Below, piece by piece: positions 48,394-58,204 of a stretch of 64,000 nt of DNA. The notes under the pieces were generated by a model. It ran no database searches and had not been told where the DNA came from. It saw only the letters and a program-made list of their open reading frames with translations. The DNA comes from a virus, in the IMG/VR virus record IMGVR_UViG_3300010885_053065, positions 1-64,000 of that record; one strand, given 5' to 3'. The position numbers were made by a program, and so were the translations under genes. Positions within the stretch are counted from its first letter, which is position 1; each line of letters begins with the position of its first letter.

Positions 48394-49161
48394 TTACTGT
48401 AGAGACAAACTAACCAAGTTAAGTTTGTCTCTAGTCTCGTTCAAATCTTTTTCTATGTAATCTGAGACTGGAAAATCACTAAAAATATCAACAGAGTTTA
48501 CTCCTATATTCCAAGCTTTAACAATGCGCTCAGTTTTAAAATAATCAACTCCTTGTGCTTCTAAAAATATCTGTAGTTGCTCCAACAATAGAATAGGAGG
48601 ATTGCAGCGATTTATCATTCCTTCTTCAAAAGCAATTATTTCTAGTTCTCCTTGTACTGTAGTAGGAACATCTAGTAATATATGGTGAAAATCATGAACC
48701 AAGATATAGCTAGACGGAAACATTGATGGTTTATCTACTGTTGCTACGTTTCCATTATTTTGATAATACTGGTGTAGAGCATATCCTACTGTTCCCTTCT
48801 TACAAAAAGGAAGTTTTTTAAAAAGTTTTATATTTTCTGGGTTAGGAGTTAATGATTCTAAGAAATAGCTTTTGAGTCCAATTAATTTATCTTTTAAAGA
48901 CATAAAAGGCAATATTTTTGGCATTGTTTGTGTCCTTAAAGTACAAGTTGGTCTTACGTATTCAAACCTTATTCGGCTAAAGATCTGCCATAAATTAGCA
49001 GAAGTAACACCTAGTAAATTAACTGGTGTCAGTAAACTTACTACATCGATTTCTGGTTTAACTAATTTAATAATTTCTTCTCTATTTTCTGCTTGAATAA
49101 TTCGATTAAATAGATTATTATCGGTCAAAACTTGTTCAAGAAAATTAAGTTCAACAGTCAT
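48394..49161 (-). CDS. Coq4-like metalloprotein
   Basis: GTVGYAL and HDFHHIL…GELEIIAF (HDxxH…E). Confidence 0.7.
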   Translation of the reverse strand: MTVELNFLEQVLTDNNLFNRIIQAENREEIIKLVKPEIDVVSLLTPVNLLGVTSANLWQIFSRIRFEYVRPTCTLRTQTMPKILPFMSLKDKLIGLKSYFLESLTPNPENIKLFKKLPFCKKGTVGYALHQYYQNNGNVATVDKPSMFPSSYILVHDFHHILLDVPTTVQGELEIIAFEEGMINRCNPPILLLEQLQIFLEAQGVDYFKTERIVKAWNIGVNSVDIFSDFPVSDYIEKDLNETRDKLNLVSLSLQ

Positions 49162-49882
49162 AAAATGCCTCAGTTACATTCTGTTTTAAATATGAGTATA
49201 ACATAGGATTAAATCGCTTCATGTTCTCTAAAGAGGTTTTCTGTAAGGATTTGTTTTTGTTAGCAGAATACCAATAATTAGCATGAGCATTGGTTCTACT
49301 TGTTTTACGGTCTAATTTGTCATACAAGTCCAAGTAAGGAATATCATAATAAAAAAGATAAGCCCAAACATCCTGCCATGACCACCATGCAAGAGGACAT
49401 ACTCTATAGTATCCTTTATGTTTTCCTGTTTGGTATTGATGAATTAACCCGTATTTTTTTAGAGATCTTCTTCTATTAATACTTTCTTCTGCTCTTAGCC
49501 CAACAAAAGCCACACTGTAATCAACTACTGCATTTATCCTGTCTTGGACTGTATCAGAAGTAGCAGCATTCTCTTTTTGAGCTTTAATATCTAAATACTT
49601 AGTTGGAAATTTCTCACAATACCTAGAGATTGTTTCCGAGTAATTAGAAACATAATCTTGCTCTATTGAGCTATAACAAACTGCAGCAATATCAGGTTTA
49701 ATTTGTTGGCAAAGGTGCAACATTACGGTTGAATCTTTGCCCCAACTAATAGCTACATAAGAGTCACCAATCTCTAGAGCTTCAGAAATTATTTGCTTGG
49801 ATTTCTCTACTCTTTTTTTAAAGCTATCTAGTAGCGCATAACCTCTATAGGCTTGATATTCTGGATCATCTTTTAAAAGCAA
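49151..49882 (-). CDS. CysH-like PAPS reductase-family protein of a type IV-B locus
   Basis: SWGKDS, GLRAEESINR, PLAWWSWQDVWAY. Confidence 0.88.
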   Translation of the reverse strand: MLLKDDPEYQAYRGYALLDSFKKRVEKSKQIISEALEIGDSYVAISWGKDSTVMLHLCQQIKPDIAAVCYSSIEQDYVSNYSETISRYCEKFPTKYLDIKAQKENAATSDTVQDRINAVVDYSVAFVGLRAEESINRRRSLKKYGLIHQYQTGKHKGYYRVCPLAWWSWQDVWAYLFYYDIPYLDLYDKLDRKTSRTNAHANYWYSANKNKSLQKTSLENMKRFNPMLYSYLKQNVTEAFYDC

Positions 49883-49885
49883 CTG

Positions 49886-50584
49886 TCAATTAGCATTGGT
49901 TTTTAACCTAGGCTTCTCCTTAATCTGTCTTACATTGTCTTTTGGTATATAACACAGTACTTGATTCTGATGCATCCATGATGGTGTTTTCCAAGCCACA
50001 ACCATCATGTCATGCACCTCTAAATCTAGTTGCTGTGCCATCTCTAAAGGAATTGGTCTTGTGACACGTCTTTCTTTCTCAAACGACCAGTCATAGTCAA
50101 TTTCTTTAACTGACCACTCAGAGACATAAGCAAAGCCGTAGGATCTCTTTTTCCCTAAGTGAGTAACTGTAGATAGAGCTAACTTTATCTGCTCTTTATC
50201 TCCTACTACAAACCAGTCAATCCTTTCAGTAAGCTTCAAGAATAGAGGTAGATCATAAGACTTGAATTGACCATCTGAGCCAGAAAACTTAGCCTTCTTC
50301 TTACCCCAATCAAGATGCTCACTTTGATAATCCCACCGTTTTCTATATCTATCAGTACTCTCTATAGAGTATAAGTAGTGAGGACTAGAAGCTTGATAGA
50401 AACCTAGTTCATGCTTTTTAATTGGTAACTCAATCTCAGTTAAAGTCTCAAAGGTTACGTTAGTGTCAAGTCTACCAGTTGATTCTCTAACTGAGTACTC
50501 TATTATCCCTGTGATATCAGGAGAAAGATTGTCTGTTACAGCAATAGGTCTAGCTAGATTAGCTGTTATTTGTAAAGGAATCAT
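49886..50584 (-). CDS. csf3: Type IV Csf3 (Cas5-like)
   Basis: PLQITANL, WFVVGDKEQI, LGKKRSYGF, RPIP. Confidence 0.85.
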   Translation of the reverse strand: MIPLQITANLARPIAVTDNLSPDITGIIEYSVRESTGRLDTNVTFETLTEIELPIKKHELGFYQASSPHYLYSIESTDRYRKRWDYQSEHLDWGKKKAKFSGSDGQFKSYDLPLFLKLTERIDWFVVGDKEQIKLALSTVTHLGKKRSYGFAYVSEWSVKEIDYDWSFEKERRVTRPIPLEMAQQLDLEVHDMMVVAWKTPSWMHQNQVLCYIPKDNVRQIKEKPRLKTNAN

Positions 50585-51144
50585 GGCTTACTTAAATCCA
50601 ATTGATTACAAAGTTTATCTATTACCAAGTGATAAACAGTACCACTAGAGCCAGACTCATGTGTGTTAATTAATAGTTCAACTAAAGCAAAAAAACTTAA
50701 AGGTCCTTGAAGCGTTACGTCCAACTGCAAAGAAGAAATAACATTTTTTATCTTCTCAGCAAGAACGTTTAGTAGACACTTTTTAATCGAGATTCTTGAT
50801 GGCTCAAAAAGATGTACTGATAGATAAATATAGGCAGCAACTAGGTCAATTAGTGAGTGTTCTTCTGACTCAATATCAGTTGCTTCTGTTGTGGATAATA
50901 CTGATTCAATTGTTGTCATTTCTACCTGATTAATTATTTCTATTTGTTGTGATTCTTCTATTTTATCAATTGTCTCTTCTTGCTCAGTAATCCCAATACC
51001 GTGCTCATTTAGATATTTCAAATACCAATTACGCATCGTTTTAGGAGGAACCAAAGGGAAATCTTTATAAAGTCTTCTAGGTTGACTTCCATTTCTAAAC
51101 CTATTTAATATCTCTGACTTGTACTTGTCTCCTCTACTAGCCAT
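50581..51144 (-). CDS. HTH protein paralogous to the TerS N-terminus
   Basis: YKDFPLVPPKTMRNW versus YKEFSDVPPKTIRNW in 25213-25698. Confidence 0.7.
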   Translation of the reverse strand: MASRGDKYKSEILNRFRNGSQPRRLYKDFPLVPPKTMRNWYLKYLNEHGIGITEQEETIDKIEESQQIEIINQVEMTTIESVLSTTEATDIESEEHSLIDLVAAYIYLSVHLFEPSRISIKKCLLNVLAEKIKNVISSLQLDVTLQGPLSFFALVELLINTHESGSSGTVYHLVIDKLCNQLDLSKP

Positions 51145-52307
51145 TATCCAAATACTCCCTTGATTTCACTGTTATTACTTTTAATAAACTCTCGATAATC
51201 AGCCAGATAAGATTTATATCTCTCTTGCTGTAGACTAGCTCTACTTTCTAATACTTGATGTCCATCTTTAATTGATATCCAACTACCTGCTTCTTCTCCA
51301 CTAGAGTAATAAATCTCTACAGCAACTCTACCGAAACCTGTATTACTCATCCCTCCTAAATAAGGATTCTCTGCCCAATTGCTAATAGCATCAGCTATAA
51401 ACCCTTCCTCAATATCAGTAACGTTAGCATCCCACCGAGAGTAGAGTTTTGCTCCTTGCTGTATTAACCATGCACCCATAATCATTTGATTAGACTTTTG
51501 TTTCTCTTCTTTTTTCTCTGTACTATCTCCAAATAAAGATTGTTGTCCTTCTTTAGATGCAGCAGGCAATAAGTACTTAACAAGAGAAGGATCATGGTGT
51601 GAGTCCATTCTTACCTTTTGGTTATAGGTTAACCAGTGTGGGTAAGGTCTGAGAATCTCTTGTAGGTAGGGTAGCCAATACTTTAGAGTTTCTTTGTAGC
51701 TAGTATCGTCTAGCGTCTGTTCTCTCTTAAAGAGGAAATTAGAGACTCTTGTTTCCTCTAAATCTTTTTTAGCTTGAGAGATAGCTTTTAACCCCTCTAA
51801 AGCAGCTGCAGGTAAAGCAGGTTGAAATATTTGAAACTGATTTAAGGCTGACTCGTAACAAATAAGCATTGCATCGCCAACATTAATCCGACCTGGAATC
51901 ATTTGAGCATCTTTACCACCAAAGACTCCTTTAGGTTTAGCTGTTCCTAGTACTGATATAGGAGGTAAAAACTGTCTTATCTTTTTATCAAGCTCTAGAT
52001 CATTAGCTGTACCACCATCAATTGCACCACCACAGAACAAAGTATGATGCAAGATTGGAGATACCTGTATCCCTAGTTCACTTAAGAAAGAATCGACTCC
52101 TACACGTCTTAATATTCTGTTCCTTAGTGCGTTACCTGAGAGACAAAATACTTGGCTAGGATTGCCTTCTATATCGGTTATAGCTAGAGTTTTGAGGTTA
52201 GCTTGATTGCCTACTGATTCTCCAATATGGGATAGAGGTGACAAAGTTTCTATTACTAAGTGAAAAGTAATTCTGTGGCGTTGGTTCGGGTTGTAATTAT
52301 TTGGCAT
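51144..52307 (-). CDS. csf2: Type IV Csf2 (Cas7-like)
   Basis: TLSPLSH, SGNALR…LRR, LFCGG, PPISVLG, LGGMSNTGFG. Confidence 0.9.
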   Translation of the reverse strand: MPNNYNPNQRHRITFHLVIETLSPLSHIGESVGNQANLKTLAITDIEGNPSQVFCLSGNALRNRILRRVGVDSFLSELGIQVSPILHHTLFCGGAIDGGTANDLELDKKIRQFLPPISVLGTAKPKGVFGGKDAQMIPGRINVGDAMLICYESALNQFQIFQPALPAAALEGLKAISQAKKDLEETRVSNFLFKREQTLDDTSYKETLKYWLPYLQEILRPYPHWLTYNQKVRMDSHHDPSLVKYLLPAASKEGQQSLFGDSTEKKEEKQKSNQMIMGAWLIQQGAKLYSRWDANVTDIEEGFIADAISNWAENPYLGGMSNTGFGRVAVEIYYSSGEEAGSWISIKDGHQVLESRASLQQERYKSYLADYREFIKSNNSEIKGVFG

Positions 52308-52616
52308 TTAACTATTAATTATCTCCTCTTCATCTGGATAAACCTTTGTGGTCTTTTCACTTACGTAATAAATTTCAAGATTTGGACAAAGAGACAATAT
52401 TTTGTCTGACTCTTCTTGTCGTCTTTGTTTTTCATACTCAATCATTTTATCTATTAACAATTCTTCATCTTTTTCTTGATGAGCGTCTACAAGGAACTTA
52501 GCTACTTTATCTAAATTTCTACTTATTTCATTGGGATTATTACAATCAATAGACTCTACAAACAATCGTCCTGCATCATCTGGAGTCAACTTCTCTATCG
52601 CCTTTTTAGACATCAA
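52308..52616 (-). CDS. Hypothetical protein in the type IV operon
   Basis: Coupled ORF. Confidence 0.5.
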   Translation of the reverse strand: MMSKKAIEKLTPDDAGRLFVESIDCNNPNEISRNLDKVAKFLVDAHQEKDEELLIDKMIEYEKQRRQEESDKILSLCPNLEIYYVSEKTTKVYPDEEEIINS

Positions 52617-53118
52617 TTACATCCTCATCTTCTTGTTTATTGAGCCATAAAGCTTTATCTTCTTCATGTTTTAAGCGAACATATAAAGCGACAATTTGTG
52701 ACTTTTCTAGACACTGTCTTAATACGGCTCTATCGGTTATTCCAAACTGAATAGACCACCGTTTTATTATATCTTCCCAAGATTCCCACACTAAAGACTG
52801 ATCTGAGTCAATCTGTTGTATTTCTCCTACATTTCCATCCTCAGCTTTAGCTGCTCTTAAAATTACTTGTTGAGGTTGAACTAATCTAGTCCACTCTTTA
52901 GGTTTAAGTGTTGGAACAACCAATCTTTTAGAGAGATAGTGAATATAGTCGTTTAAGTTTCTAGAGGGAATAGCAGCATTTTCTATTGATGTTTGAACAT
53001 ACTCCCAAGTCTTAATTCCGTTAGCAGGAGAACGTTGTTTGTCACGGCATCTAAATACCCAATAAGTTAAGGCGCTAGCTAAAGCTATTGGTTTGTCTTC
53101 TGTATTAATTCCTAACAA
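52606..53118 (-). CDS. Putative Cas11 small subunit
   Basis: Small helical protein upstream of csf2. Call rests mainly on position and the W…I..AA…L..Y pattern. Confidence 0.6.
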   Translation of the reverse strand: MLGINTEDKPIALASALTYWVFRCRDKQRSPANGIKTWEYVQTSIENAAIPSRNLNDYIHYLSKRLVVPTLKPKEWTRLVQPQQVILRAAKAEDGNVGEIQQIDSDQSLVWESWEDIIKRWSIQFGITDRAVLRQCLEKSQIVALYVRLKHEEDKALWLNKQEDEDVIDV

Positions 53119-53393
53119 ATTCTTGTCCCTATTTCTATTAATAATTTTCCGTCAGAATCTAATTGATATTCTATAAATTCTAACTTACGGTAAACAATTT
53201 GATTACCTGTGTGATAACACTTGTTTATCTTTATACACATATATTCAATTGACGGAGATTTGTATTTTTTTAAATGATTCTGTAAACGCTTTTTACAATC
53301 TTCTAGATTATAAAAATTTCTTCGTTCAATACAATACTCTGTTTTTTTAGAGATTAAATCTACTTTAATATACTCAAAATAATAAAAAAACAT
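53112..53393 (-). CDS. Hypothetical AT-rich inserted gene
   Basis: Flanked by an exact 16-bp direct repeat (53100-53115, 53409-53424). Confidence 0.5.
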   Translation of the reverse strand: MFFYYFEYIKVDLISKKTEYCIERRNFYNLEDCKKRLQNHLKKYKSPSIEYMCIKINKCYHTGNQIVYRKLEFIEYQLDSDGKLLIEIGTRIC

Positions 53394-53514
53394 ATTTTTT
53401 TTTATTTCCTGTATTAATTCCTAATATTAGTTTTTTGATTCATTGGCTTTAAAAACACACAACATACTAGGGATCGGGGTAAATAAACAAAATACCCCAA
53501 TAGAACGATAATAC

Positions 53515-54234
53515 TTAAGCAAAGAAACGAGTGATTGCTAACTCTAATTCTTCGCTATCTTCGTACACATTAATATCTCTTAATTGACCATTACAAAGGC
53601 GACTTTCTTTAGAAGAAATCAACCCTTGTGCTGAGACAAATTTACCTAACCTGACTCGATTCTTGCTTGTGACCTTGTAACCCATCTCTTCAGCCTTTTG
53701 AGCAGCACCCACTAATCGAGCAGAAGGCAACACGGTTGTTGTAGTCTGTCCACTTAATTCACACAACTGATCGCCTAACTGATCTCTCAGTAGTTGAATC
53801 ATTGCAGCAGGTAGCCGACCCTCTAAAAAGACTAAATCTTTGGAAGCATTGATTAGGTCAACTGCATCTCTTTTAGGTGGCAGCTTTTGAACAGGAATTG
53901 CTGTTGAATAAGATCCAACTTTGCGAATGCTAGGGATGACTTCAGAGGTTAACCACTTTTTAAAAGCTTTGGCTTCTGGCTTACGAGAAGTAAGAACTAG
54001 TGAATATAGTCCAGACTCTGAAATAACCGACATACTTTGAATACGATTCATGGCGTCGCTAATACCGACATCATCTTTTTCGTCATCATCTAATCGTGTT
54101 AAAGCATCTCGACTATTAGATATCTCCAAAACTTTGCACACATCTAATGCAACAAACCAAGGCTCACCATTAATTACTATTACTCGTACTTGATTCTCGT
54201 TGAAGCTAAAAATTGATAGACTGTGATCAGTCAC
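53515..54234 (-). CDS. BRO-N antirepressor
   Basis: EPWFVALDVC…ISESGLYSLVLTSRKPEAK. Confidence 0.9.
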   Translation of the reverse strand: MTDHSLSIFSFNENQVRVIVINGEPWFVALDVCKVLEISNSRDALTRLDDDEKDDVGISDAMNRIQSMSVISESGLYSLVLTSRKPEAKAFKKWLTSEVIPSIRKVGSYSTAIPVQKLPPKRDAVDLINASKDLVFLEGRLPAAMIQLLRDQLGDQLCELSGQTTTTVLPSARLVGAAQKAEEMGYKVTSKNRVRLGKFVSAQGLISSKESRLCNGQLRDINVYEDSEELELAITRFFA

Positions 54235-54339
54235 TTTCTTTCCCTCCTAAGGAGTAAGTTGATTAGTCCTAGCACCTAAAGTTTTGACGGCTTTTAGTTG
54301 CTAGGCATTTTTTTATTATACCAAATTTACTTTAAATCC

Positions 54340-54849
54340 TAATAACTAGCTATCTCCACACACGGCTAGAAATTTAATTAAATTTCTGATATTGAGCAGT
54401 CTTTCTAATAGAAACCTATTTGAATATCTCAAGACTTTTTTGAGCGTGTTTTGATCACAGCGTTTTGAGCTTTGGCTAGAACCCTACTCTAGAGCACATC
54501 CCACTGCTCGCACGTTTTGTGCGTGCGCAGTCTTCTGCTAGCACATAAAACTGCTCGCACAGGATCAGCTTATATATAAATACGATCTATTAACAAATAA
54601 TAAAATTAACAAACAACAACTACCGGATCGGCTGTTGCTTTTGATTTTTTAAAATTAATTAAATTCCTATAGCCAATTAAAATACTCTCTAACTCACTTA
54701 AATTTGAGCTATAAGACGGGTAAATATACCTAAGCTACTCTTTCTACCAAAAAGAAATAAATAAACCCTACAGACTCAAATAAAGTGAAATTAGAATCAG
54801 TAGGACTTATTTACTTGTTAAGTTATCCTTTTCTTAATTAAGTTTTTAA
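54340..54849. repeat. Dispersed non-coding repeat, copy 3
   Basis: Inverted copy of 4237-4745. Confidence 0.95.
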
Positions 54850-54917
54850 TGGTCGGCTGGTTCTTTTGTTCTTTAGTAATCCTGCTCAAAATAAATTGAG
54901 TTTCTTTATATAAACAC

Positions 54918-54946
54918 TTGACAATTACCCAATAAATTGTTATATT
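54918..54946 (+). promoter_or_regulatory. Sigma70-type promoter
   Basis: TTGACA-17-TATATT. Confidence 0.8.
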
Positions 54947-54986
54947 AAGGATATAGAAAACAAAAACAAAGGAGACAAAACAAACA

Positions 54987-55235
54987 ATGATTACTTTTTA
55001 CTTAGATTCAAAAAACACAAAACTTTATGCTATTCCAAATGGAAGTAATGAAGTTTATGAGGTTGATTATACTTATGAAAAAAACTTTGAAGTTATAAAT
55101 CCTGATGCAATTTTGCCGTCTAGTGCGAATATTTTTCATGATTTGCACAACAGTAAACTTATAGGTGACGCAATAGCAGATGTTCTTTTGTATTATCTTC
55201 AAAAGAAGCAAAAAGAAAGAATCTTTAGTAAATAG
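54987..55235 (+). CDS. Hypothetical cassette protein
   Basis: Promoter and RBS upstream, terminator at ~55245-55272. Confidence 0.65.
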   Translation: MITFYLDSKNTKLYAIPNGSNEVYEVDYTYEKNFEVINPDAILPSSANIFHDLHNSKLIGDAIADVLLYYLQKKQKERIFSK

Positions 55236-55278
55236 CTAAAGTAGAACCCTCTGATTAAGTTCAGAGGGTTTTTGTTGT

Positions 55279-56370
55279 CTAAGAATCTGTTGCTCTACTC
55301 CAAGCATCAATTAGGCTTTGTTCGCCTATATGCCGTTTATAACTGTTATGGTGCACTTGTAAAGAGTGACCCATCATGCGAGCGGTTATACCTGATTCAA
55401 TACCTAATACAGAGCATCTAATGGCATAAGCATCTCTTAGATGGTAGGCTGTCCAAGGGAGTTGAACTCTTATTTTTAATCCGTGGGTTACTCTGTGCCC
55501 TAAATCCTTATTACCTACGTTCTTGTCTTGAAAGTTAGGAAAACGATAATCTGTCAGTTCCCACCTATCAACCCACTCTCTTAGTACTGGGAGTACTGTC
55601 CTACAACCTGTTTTAGTCGCGTCTTCTATTTGCAGAACGGGAACCTTTTCACTAAGTCTAGAGGTATCTAGGTAAAAGATTTCATGTGGACGTAAACCAA
55701 AAGTAGCTAATATAGCCACAACATACTGCCAACGCTTATTTTCTATATTGTCTACTACCTGCTCAATTTCAGTATCACTAGGTATAGTTCGTAAAGGTGG
55801 TTTGTAGTTTCCTTTATATCTAGATATCTGATTGGGAACTTTGGCAAACGACAAGAGAGCAGATAGAGCGTGAATATAATTACAACGCTTAGCAGTATCA
55901 GGTTCAGTATTAGTTAACAAAAACTCTTGAATTGTATCAAGAGTTAATGGTTCAGACATTGGTAACTTATCAAAAACATAATTGTACCGACATTTGTAAG
56001 TTGTTAGCCTCCTATCACTTTTAGAGTTCTTATGCCAGTACTCTTGCTCAAACTTCTTTAGCCAGTTTTCAATACTTTCCTCTGTTCCGACTAACTCTTG
56101 CTCTCTTTTTAACTCAGTTGGTCTAGTCCAATCTTGCCAGTTAAAGCGATCTAACATTAGATCTGACTCTAGCTTCTTGGCTTTACCTTCAGCTATCTGT
56201 AAGCCTTGGAGTGTGGCAACTGCTCCTGTTCTTAAATCTTGAGCCTTCTTTCCAGCTCCTTCTTTATTGGGGACAGTAGCTCTTATATAGAGCCTGTTAC
56301 CTTTTTGCTTGATTGAGCAAAGGTGTAAACGACTATTAGTTTTCCTGATAACGTCCTCAAAACTTTTCAT
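55279..56370 (-). CDS. int: Tyrosine integrase
   Basis: FGLRPHE, TKTG, YHLRDAY, MMGHS, HHNSY. Confidence 0.9.
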   Translation of the reverse strand: MKSFEDVIRKTNSRLHLCSIKQKGNRLYIRATVPNKEGAGKKAQDLRTGAVATLQGLQIAEGKAKKLESDLMLDRFNWQDWTRPTELKREQELVGTEESIENWLKKFEQEYWHKNSKSDRRLTTYKCRYNYVFDKLPMSEPLTLDTIQEFLLTNTEPDTAKRCNYIHALSALLSFAKVPNQISRYKGNYKPPLRTIPSDTEIEQVVDNIENKRWQYVVAILATFGLRPHEIFYLDTSRLSEKVPVLQIEDATKTGCRTVLPVLREWVDRWELTDYRFPNFQDKNVGNKDLGHRVTHGLKIRVQLPWTAYHLRDAYAIRCSVLGIESGITARMMGHSLQVHHNSYKRHIGEQSLIDAWSRATDS

Positions 56371-56604
56371 ACTAACCTCCTGAATAACTAGGGATATTTT
56401 AACTTTTTCCCTTATTCTTCCCTAAAACAATTACCAGATACTACCAAGTAATAAGGAAATATCTGGTAATATCTGGTAAAGACAAGGCTTTGAAAGGTTA
56501 ATCTACCGTTATACAGTCTTTTGTACCCCTCTCATCAAGGATGGGGTGCAAATAACGAAACCCTTACTAGTTAAGGGTTTCTGTGTATGGTTTCTAAGCT
56601 TTCC

Positions 56605-58173
56605 CTAATTTTGAATCTGTTGTAAAAATATCTCTAACTCTTCTAGCGTCAAAGAATCAACTCTTTCACTAGGGATTCCAGATAATCTAGCTACTTGGTT
56701 GTAAAGTCCTCTTAATTTATTCTCAGTAAAAGTACTAACAAGAGAATCACTATTTTCTTTTTCTTCTGCTACTGGTTTTCCCTCTTCTACCTCAAGAGGA
56801 TTATCTGTTTTAGTATCTACAGCTTTATCTAGAGCAGTCTGTGGTTTCAAGTCCTCAGCATTAGTATTTTTGTCTAGAGTGATATTCATATCAAAAATAG
56901 ATTGAGCGTAGTGACTATCTCTAGCTTCTTGACTGCTGTAAATACCGTTTCTGATATTCGCCTCATCAGCCCTTGAACTAGCTTCTCTAATGCCTGCTTC
57001 CTCTGTTGGGGTAAGGCTATATATGCTTTTCCACTCCCAAGAATAGTCGGTAGGTAGCTTCCCTTTTGTTACAGAATCTTGTGATAAGAAATATAGTTCA
57101 ATATCCTCTAAGATATTTTCTCCCCATTTTTGTTCACAGAGAGCCAGAATTGAGTTAGCTTCTGCTAGTCTTTCACTTTCTCCTGTAGCTGCTAGTCCTG
57201 CAGGGTGCTCTTGATAAAATTGTGGTTTAGTTAGTCCACTTGCACCGATCATTTCATCTTTGAGTCTATCTAGAATATCTGACACTCCTCTAAATTGTCG
57301 ACCAATTATATTAACCTCTTCAGTTTTTCTGTCTAGTGCAAAAAATCTTAAAGCTGATAGAGTTTTTTGATTTAACAGCATTCTCCTTTTAATCTCGTTC
57401 TCGCCTTGTAAGGTTCTAGTTCTATCGAACAGATTATCTATAGAGTGAGCAATTATCTCAAAGGTTTTTAGAGCTTCTCCTGAGTACCCTAGACCTGTTA
57501 GGTGACGCATTAAAGGATCTAGGAATCCGACTAACACAGAGTCTTCCCAACCACTATTTAATTTTTGGTGGTAAGGAGGTAAATAAGAACCTCTGAACCT
57601 AAGTATTCTTGATTTGTGGATTCTATATTGATTGGCTAGTAATTTATTTTGGTAGTCGTTACTATACCCACTACTAGAATAAAAAAGATAGTAATCTGGA
57701 TTAACAGAATCAATTGATATACTATAAGAATCTGGTAGTATATACCATCTATCGTAAAGCTGAGAGTATCTAACGGTTTTGATGTTTTCTCTATCGATAG
57801 GTTGATCTGGTTTCTGACCGTCATCAACTAATCGAATAGCAGTAGCCCCACCATATAGATTAGCTAATACTTGACCTTTCTCATAAATCTTTTTAAGTTT
57901 GTGTATTGCTTTGTTAGCTTGTTCTATTACTTCTGGAGAACCAGAACCTAGGGTAACTTTCCCCCAAGATCTGTGCATCATAAAGGGTAAGTACTCACAA
58001 ACTTTTCTAGCTTGCCAAAGAGACTTAAAAGCTGAGTCTAGGTAGCCTCTATTTCTATAAAACCCGTAAGCTGGATTAATAAAGTTACTTGTAATAGAAT
58101 CAGTTCCTTGTACACCTAAGCCAGTCAACTGATTTGCTACGTTAATATAACTGTCAAAATTAGATATGTCCAT
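56605..58173 (-). CDS. Portal protein (DUF1073-like)
   Basis: ANLYGG, IHKSRILRFRG, GWEDSVL, PAGLAATGESE. Confidence 0.85.
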   Translation of the reverse strand: MDISNFDSYINVANQLTGLGVQGTDSITSNFINPAYGFYRNRGYLDSAFKSLWQARKVCEYLPFMMHRSWGKVTLGSGSPEVIEQANKAIHKLKKIYEKGQVLANLYGGATAIRLVDDGQKPDQPIDRENIKTVRYSQLYDRWYILPDSYSISIDSVNPDYYLFYSSSGYSNDYQNKLLANQYRIHKSRILRFRGSYLPPYHQKLNSGWEDSVLVGFLDPLMRHLTGLGYSGEALKTFEIIAHSIDNLFDRTRTLQGENEIKRRMLLNQKTLSALRFFALDRKTEEVNIIGRQFRGVSDILDRLKDEMIGASGLTKPQFYQEHPAGLAATGESERLAEANSILALCEQKWGENILEDIELYFLSQDSVTKGKLPTDYSWEWKSIYSLTPTEEAGIREASSRADEANIRNGIYSSQEARDSHYAQSIFDMNITLDKNTNAEDLKPQTALDKAVDTKTDNPLEVEEGKPVAEEKENSDSLVSTFTENKLRGLYNQVARLSGIPSERVDSLTLEELEIFLQQIQN

Positions 58174-58204
58174 AAATACTAAATAATAATTATCTCTATT
58201 CTAA

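Noticed and set aside
56520-56560. tRNA or tmRNA fragment as att core
   Set aside because: I could not recognise a T-loop, CCA end or convincing tmRNA terminus.
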